Positions 61,659-64,000 of a stretch of DNA of 64,000 bases are shown piece by piece. The stretch spans positions 1-64,000 of the forward strand of contig JAVRCJ020000004.1 in NCBI GenBank assembly GCA_034530875.2, written 5' to 3'. This DNA comes from Nostoc sp. DedSLP01 (GTDB lineage Bacteria; Cyanobacteriota; Cyanobacteriia; Cyanobacteriales; Nostocaceae). The notes under the pieces were generated by a model. The model did not search any database. It was given only the letters and a program-made list of their open reading frames with translations, and was not told the origin of the DNA. Within the stretch, counting starts at the first letter, position 1. Every line of letters begins with the position of its first letter. The translations under genes and the position numbers were made by a program.

Positions 61659-62615
61659 ATGTCTACCATTGTATCGCGCCTCGACATCACACAAATTTTC
61701 TGCGATGTAGATGATTTCTGTCAGCAATGGGAAAACCTCTGGCAGCAAGTACCACAATTGCCATCGACAGCAGGAGAACAACGCAGCACTTCTCGGATGC
61801 ACTTATCAGAAGTCATGACCATAGTCATCGCATTTCATGGCAGTGGATATAAGACTTTCAAGGAATTCTATACTCTGCATGTGCTTGCAAGTTGGCGCGA
61901 AGCATTTCCGCATTTGGTCAGCTACACTCGGTTTGTAGAATTGATGCCTTGGTGCTTAATGCTATTATGTTGCTTTTTACATACACGCACAGGAGAAATG
62001 ACAGGGATCAGCTTTATCGATTCCACTCCGATAAATGTTTGTCATAACTGTCGGGCGCATTCTCACAAGGTATTTAAAGGATTAGTAAAATGGGGCAAAA
62101 ATTCTGTAGGCTGGCACTTTGGATTTAAACTGCATTTGATTATTAATGATTGTGGAGAATTACTCGCATTTTCACTAACTCCAGCCAATGTAGATGACCG
62201 AAAACCAGTCCCAGACATGACTAAAGACTTGATTGGTAACGCCAGTTGCTTCAAGTCGGCAGAGCCGCCCAACGCACTGGCTCAACTTTTTGGTGATAGA
62301 GGATACATCTCTCAAAAATTATTTGAACAGTTATATGAGCGAGGGTTGGAATTAATTACAAAATCTAAGAAGAAAATGAAAAATCGTTTGGTAAAACTAA
62401 TTGATAAAATTCTGTTACGCAAACGAGCAGTAATTGAGTCAGTCAATGACCACCTCAAAAATATATGTCAAATTGAACACTCTCGGCATCGTAGCCCATT
62501 TAACTTTTTAGTTAATTTGATGGCAGGGCTAACCGCTTATACATATTTACCCAAAAAACCATCTATTGACATTTACCCAAAAGACTTACCTACACTGCCT
62601 CCTGCTATTTTTTAG
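61659..62615 (+). CDS. IS982 transposase with a 15-aa in-frame insertion
   Basis: FCDVDDF, SFIDST, GWHFGFKLH, LFGDRGYIS, RAVIESVND..K, EHSRHRS. Confidence 0.9.
   Translation: MSTIVSRLDITQIFCDVDDFCQQWENLWQQVPQLPSTAGEQRSTSRMHLSEVMTIVIAFHGSGYKTFKEFYTLHVLASWREAFPHLVSYTRFVELMPWCLMLLCCFLHTRTGEMTGISFIDSTPINVCHNCRAHSHKVFKGLVKWGKNSVGWHFGFKLHLIINDCGELLAFSLTPANVDDRKPVPDMTKDLIGNASCFKSAEPPNALAQLFGDRGYISQKLFEQLYERGLELITKSKKKMKNRLVKLIDKILLRKRAVIESVNDHLKNICQIEHSRHRSPFNFLVNLMAGLTAYTYLPKKPSIDIYPKDLPTLPPAIF
62239..62283 (+). repeat. 45-bp structured micro-element inserted in frame in the transposase
   Basis: ACGCCAGTTGCTTCAAGTCGGCAGAGCCGCCCAACGCACTGGCTC; its removal restores GGT AAA CTT TTT GGT GAT (GKLFGD). 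Confidence 0.8.
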
Positions 62616-62905
62616 TTCTGTCGAACTCACGTTAAAGTTTAAAGGAAAAATATAAAATTTGTAAGATTACCGTAATTTTATTTTCCAGTATTTTTTTATT
62701 TTGAGGTATTAATTATACTATTTATAATCCTCTATTCATCAAATAATCAAACATTAAAAATCAGAGGAAATACTGTTATCAAAAACTAACATTTTTTTCT
62801 CTATGGTGCTCAATTAGACTATAAATTTTATTTTGAATTTACAATTCTAAATATTGAAATAGAGACGTAGCACTGCTACGTCTCTACATTTTTTTCACCA
62901 GATGG

Positions 62906-64000
62906 CTAATTTATATGGGCGATGGTAACACCACTCCCGCCATCTGATTGTTCTGCGGCTTCGTGGCTACTAACTCTCGGATGCTGGTGTAAAAAGGCGT
63001 GGACGCCTTGTCGCAATTTCCCAGTACCGTGTCCGTGAATAATCCATATTGGGCCTGTAGCTTCGGAGATGGCTTTGTCGAGAATCAATTCGGCATCAGC
63101 TACCCGTTTACCACGCAAATCAACTGTATTTCGTGAAGTGCGAATTGCTGGCACATTTTGCGGTGGTGGTGTAACTGCGGCTGGGGCTGGTTTGGGTTTG
63201 ACGACTGGTTCGGCTTTTTGACCATCTAAAGATTCTACGTCTTCCAACTTTACAGTCATTTTCATTAGCCCAAACCGAACGCTTAACTCTCCATCTGCAT
63301 CGGGTGCGGTTAACACTTCCGCTGTCTGCCCTAATTTAGGAACGCGGATGCGATCGCCTACTTTGGGCATAAACCCAGGTTTTGCTTTCAGTGGGGCTAC
63401 TGGCTGATATTGCTTGGCAATTTGATTTAAGGCGTTAGTCGCTTGTTGGGCGTCTTGGGCTGTGGGCGTACCTTGTTGCAAACGGCGGATGACTTGGGCA
63501 ATTTCATTTTTTGCTTGGGCGATCGCTTGTTGCACTGCTAGTTCCTGAGAAGCCCGCAAAGCGCTTTCTCTTTCTTCCAAGGCGGTAGCTTTGGCAGATA
63601 CTTCTTTATATAAACGTTCGGCTTGCTGCAACAATTTTTGAGCTTCCGCAGCTTTGGTTTCCTGGCGACGGCGTTGGGCTTCTAACCCAGCAATTACCTG
63701 ATTAACTTCGTCTGTTGCTTCTCCGACTTGAGTTTTCGCCTGTTCGACTACTTCTGCTTTTAATCCCAAGCGCAGCGCAATTGTTAAGGCATTAGAACGC
63801 CCAGGTATACCCCACAGCAGACGGTAAGTAGGCGAGAGAGTAGCTTCATCAAATTCTACAGAGGCATTTTCAAAGCGTTCATCCTCATATTTCAAGGCTT
63901 TGAGTTCGCCAAAGTGAGTGGTGGCGATGGTTAGTTGGGCGTGGTTAGCGAGATATTGCAACAAGGCGATCGCTAAAGCGCTTCCTTCAGCTGGATCTGT
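62906..64000 (-). CDS. mutS2: Endonuclease MutS2, 3' part (runs off the window)
   Basis: TDPAEGSAL, TTHFGELK, NASVEFD..PTYRL..GIPGRSNA, Smr domain DLRG..IIHGHGTGKLR..GGSGVT. Confidence 0.95.
   Translation of the reverse strand, partial: TDPAEGSALAIALLQYLANHAQLTIATTHFGELKALKYEDERFENASVEFDEATLSPTYRLLWGIPGRSNALTIALRLGLKAEVVEQAKTQVGEATDEVNQVIAGLEAQRRRQETKAAEAQKLLQQAERLYKEVSAKATALEERESALRASQELAVQQAIAQAKNEIAQVIRRLQQGTPTAQDAQQATNALNQIAKQYQPVAPLKAKPGFMPKVGDRIRVPKLGQTAEVLTAPDADGELSVRFGLMKMTVKLEDVESLDGQKAEPVVKPKPAPAAVTPPPQNVPAIRTSRNTVDLRGKRVADAELILDKAISEATGPIWIIHGHGTGKLRQGVHAFLHQHPRVSSHEAAEQSDGGSGVTIAHIN

Larger units (their letters stand above)
61498..62632 (+). mobile_element. IS982-family insertion sequence
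   Basis: TIRs ACGTGAGTTCGAC(G/A)GA; flanks TAAAGCA / TAAAGTT (imperfect duplication). Confidence 0.88.

Overview
AT-rich DNA rich in HIP1 (GCGATCGC), with STRR/SDR-type repeats and a hetL homologue, consistent with a heterocyst-forming cyanobacterium (Nostocales). The main feature is an apparently complete ~25.1 kb type V-K CRISPR-associated transposon (CAST; TGTACA ends at 6523 and 31662). It carries tnsB-tnsC-tniQ, a large defence cargo, cas12k, a tracrRNA, a CRISPR array and a short homing spacer matching the adjacent tRNA-Thr(TGT). The cargo is an SNF2-DUF3883 / DUF1156 methylase / HEPN-DUF499 restriction-like system. It is interrupted by an AT-rich module encoding a Ser/Thr kinase-SF1 helicase fusion, a wHTH-PLD nuclease and an Abi-alpha-like protein; this module is the best candidate for an undescribed system. 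The regulator divergent from cas12k is an XRE/C-protein-type HTH rather than the usual MerR-type CvkR, and a 32-bp motif (27/32 identical) lies upstream of both cas12k and tnsB. The tnsB-proximal end truncates hetL, and there is no target-site duplication. The rest is ordinary chromosome (wecB, AAA_35 pair, metalloprotease, ogt, aspC, GH31, ABC transporter, ABC1 kinase, manC, LCP, IS982, mutS2). It contains MITEs and structured ~45-bp micro-elements, some nested and inserted in frame in genes. All family assignments come from motif recognition by eye, not database searches.
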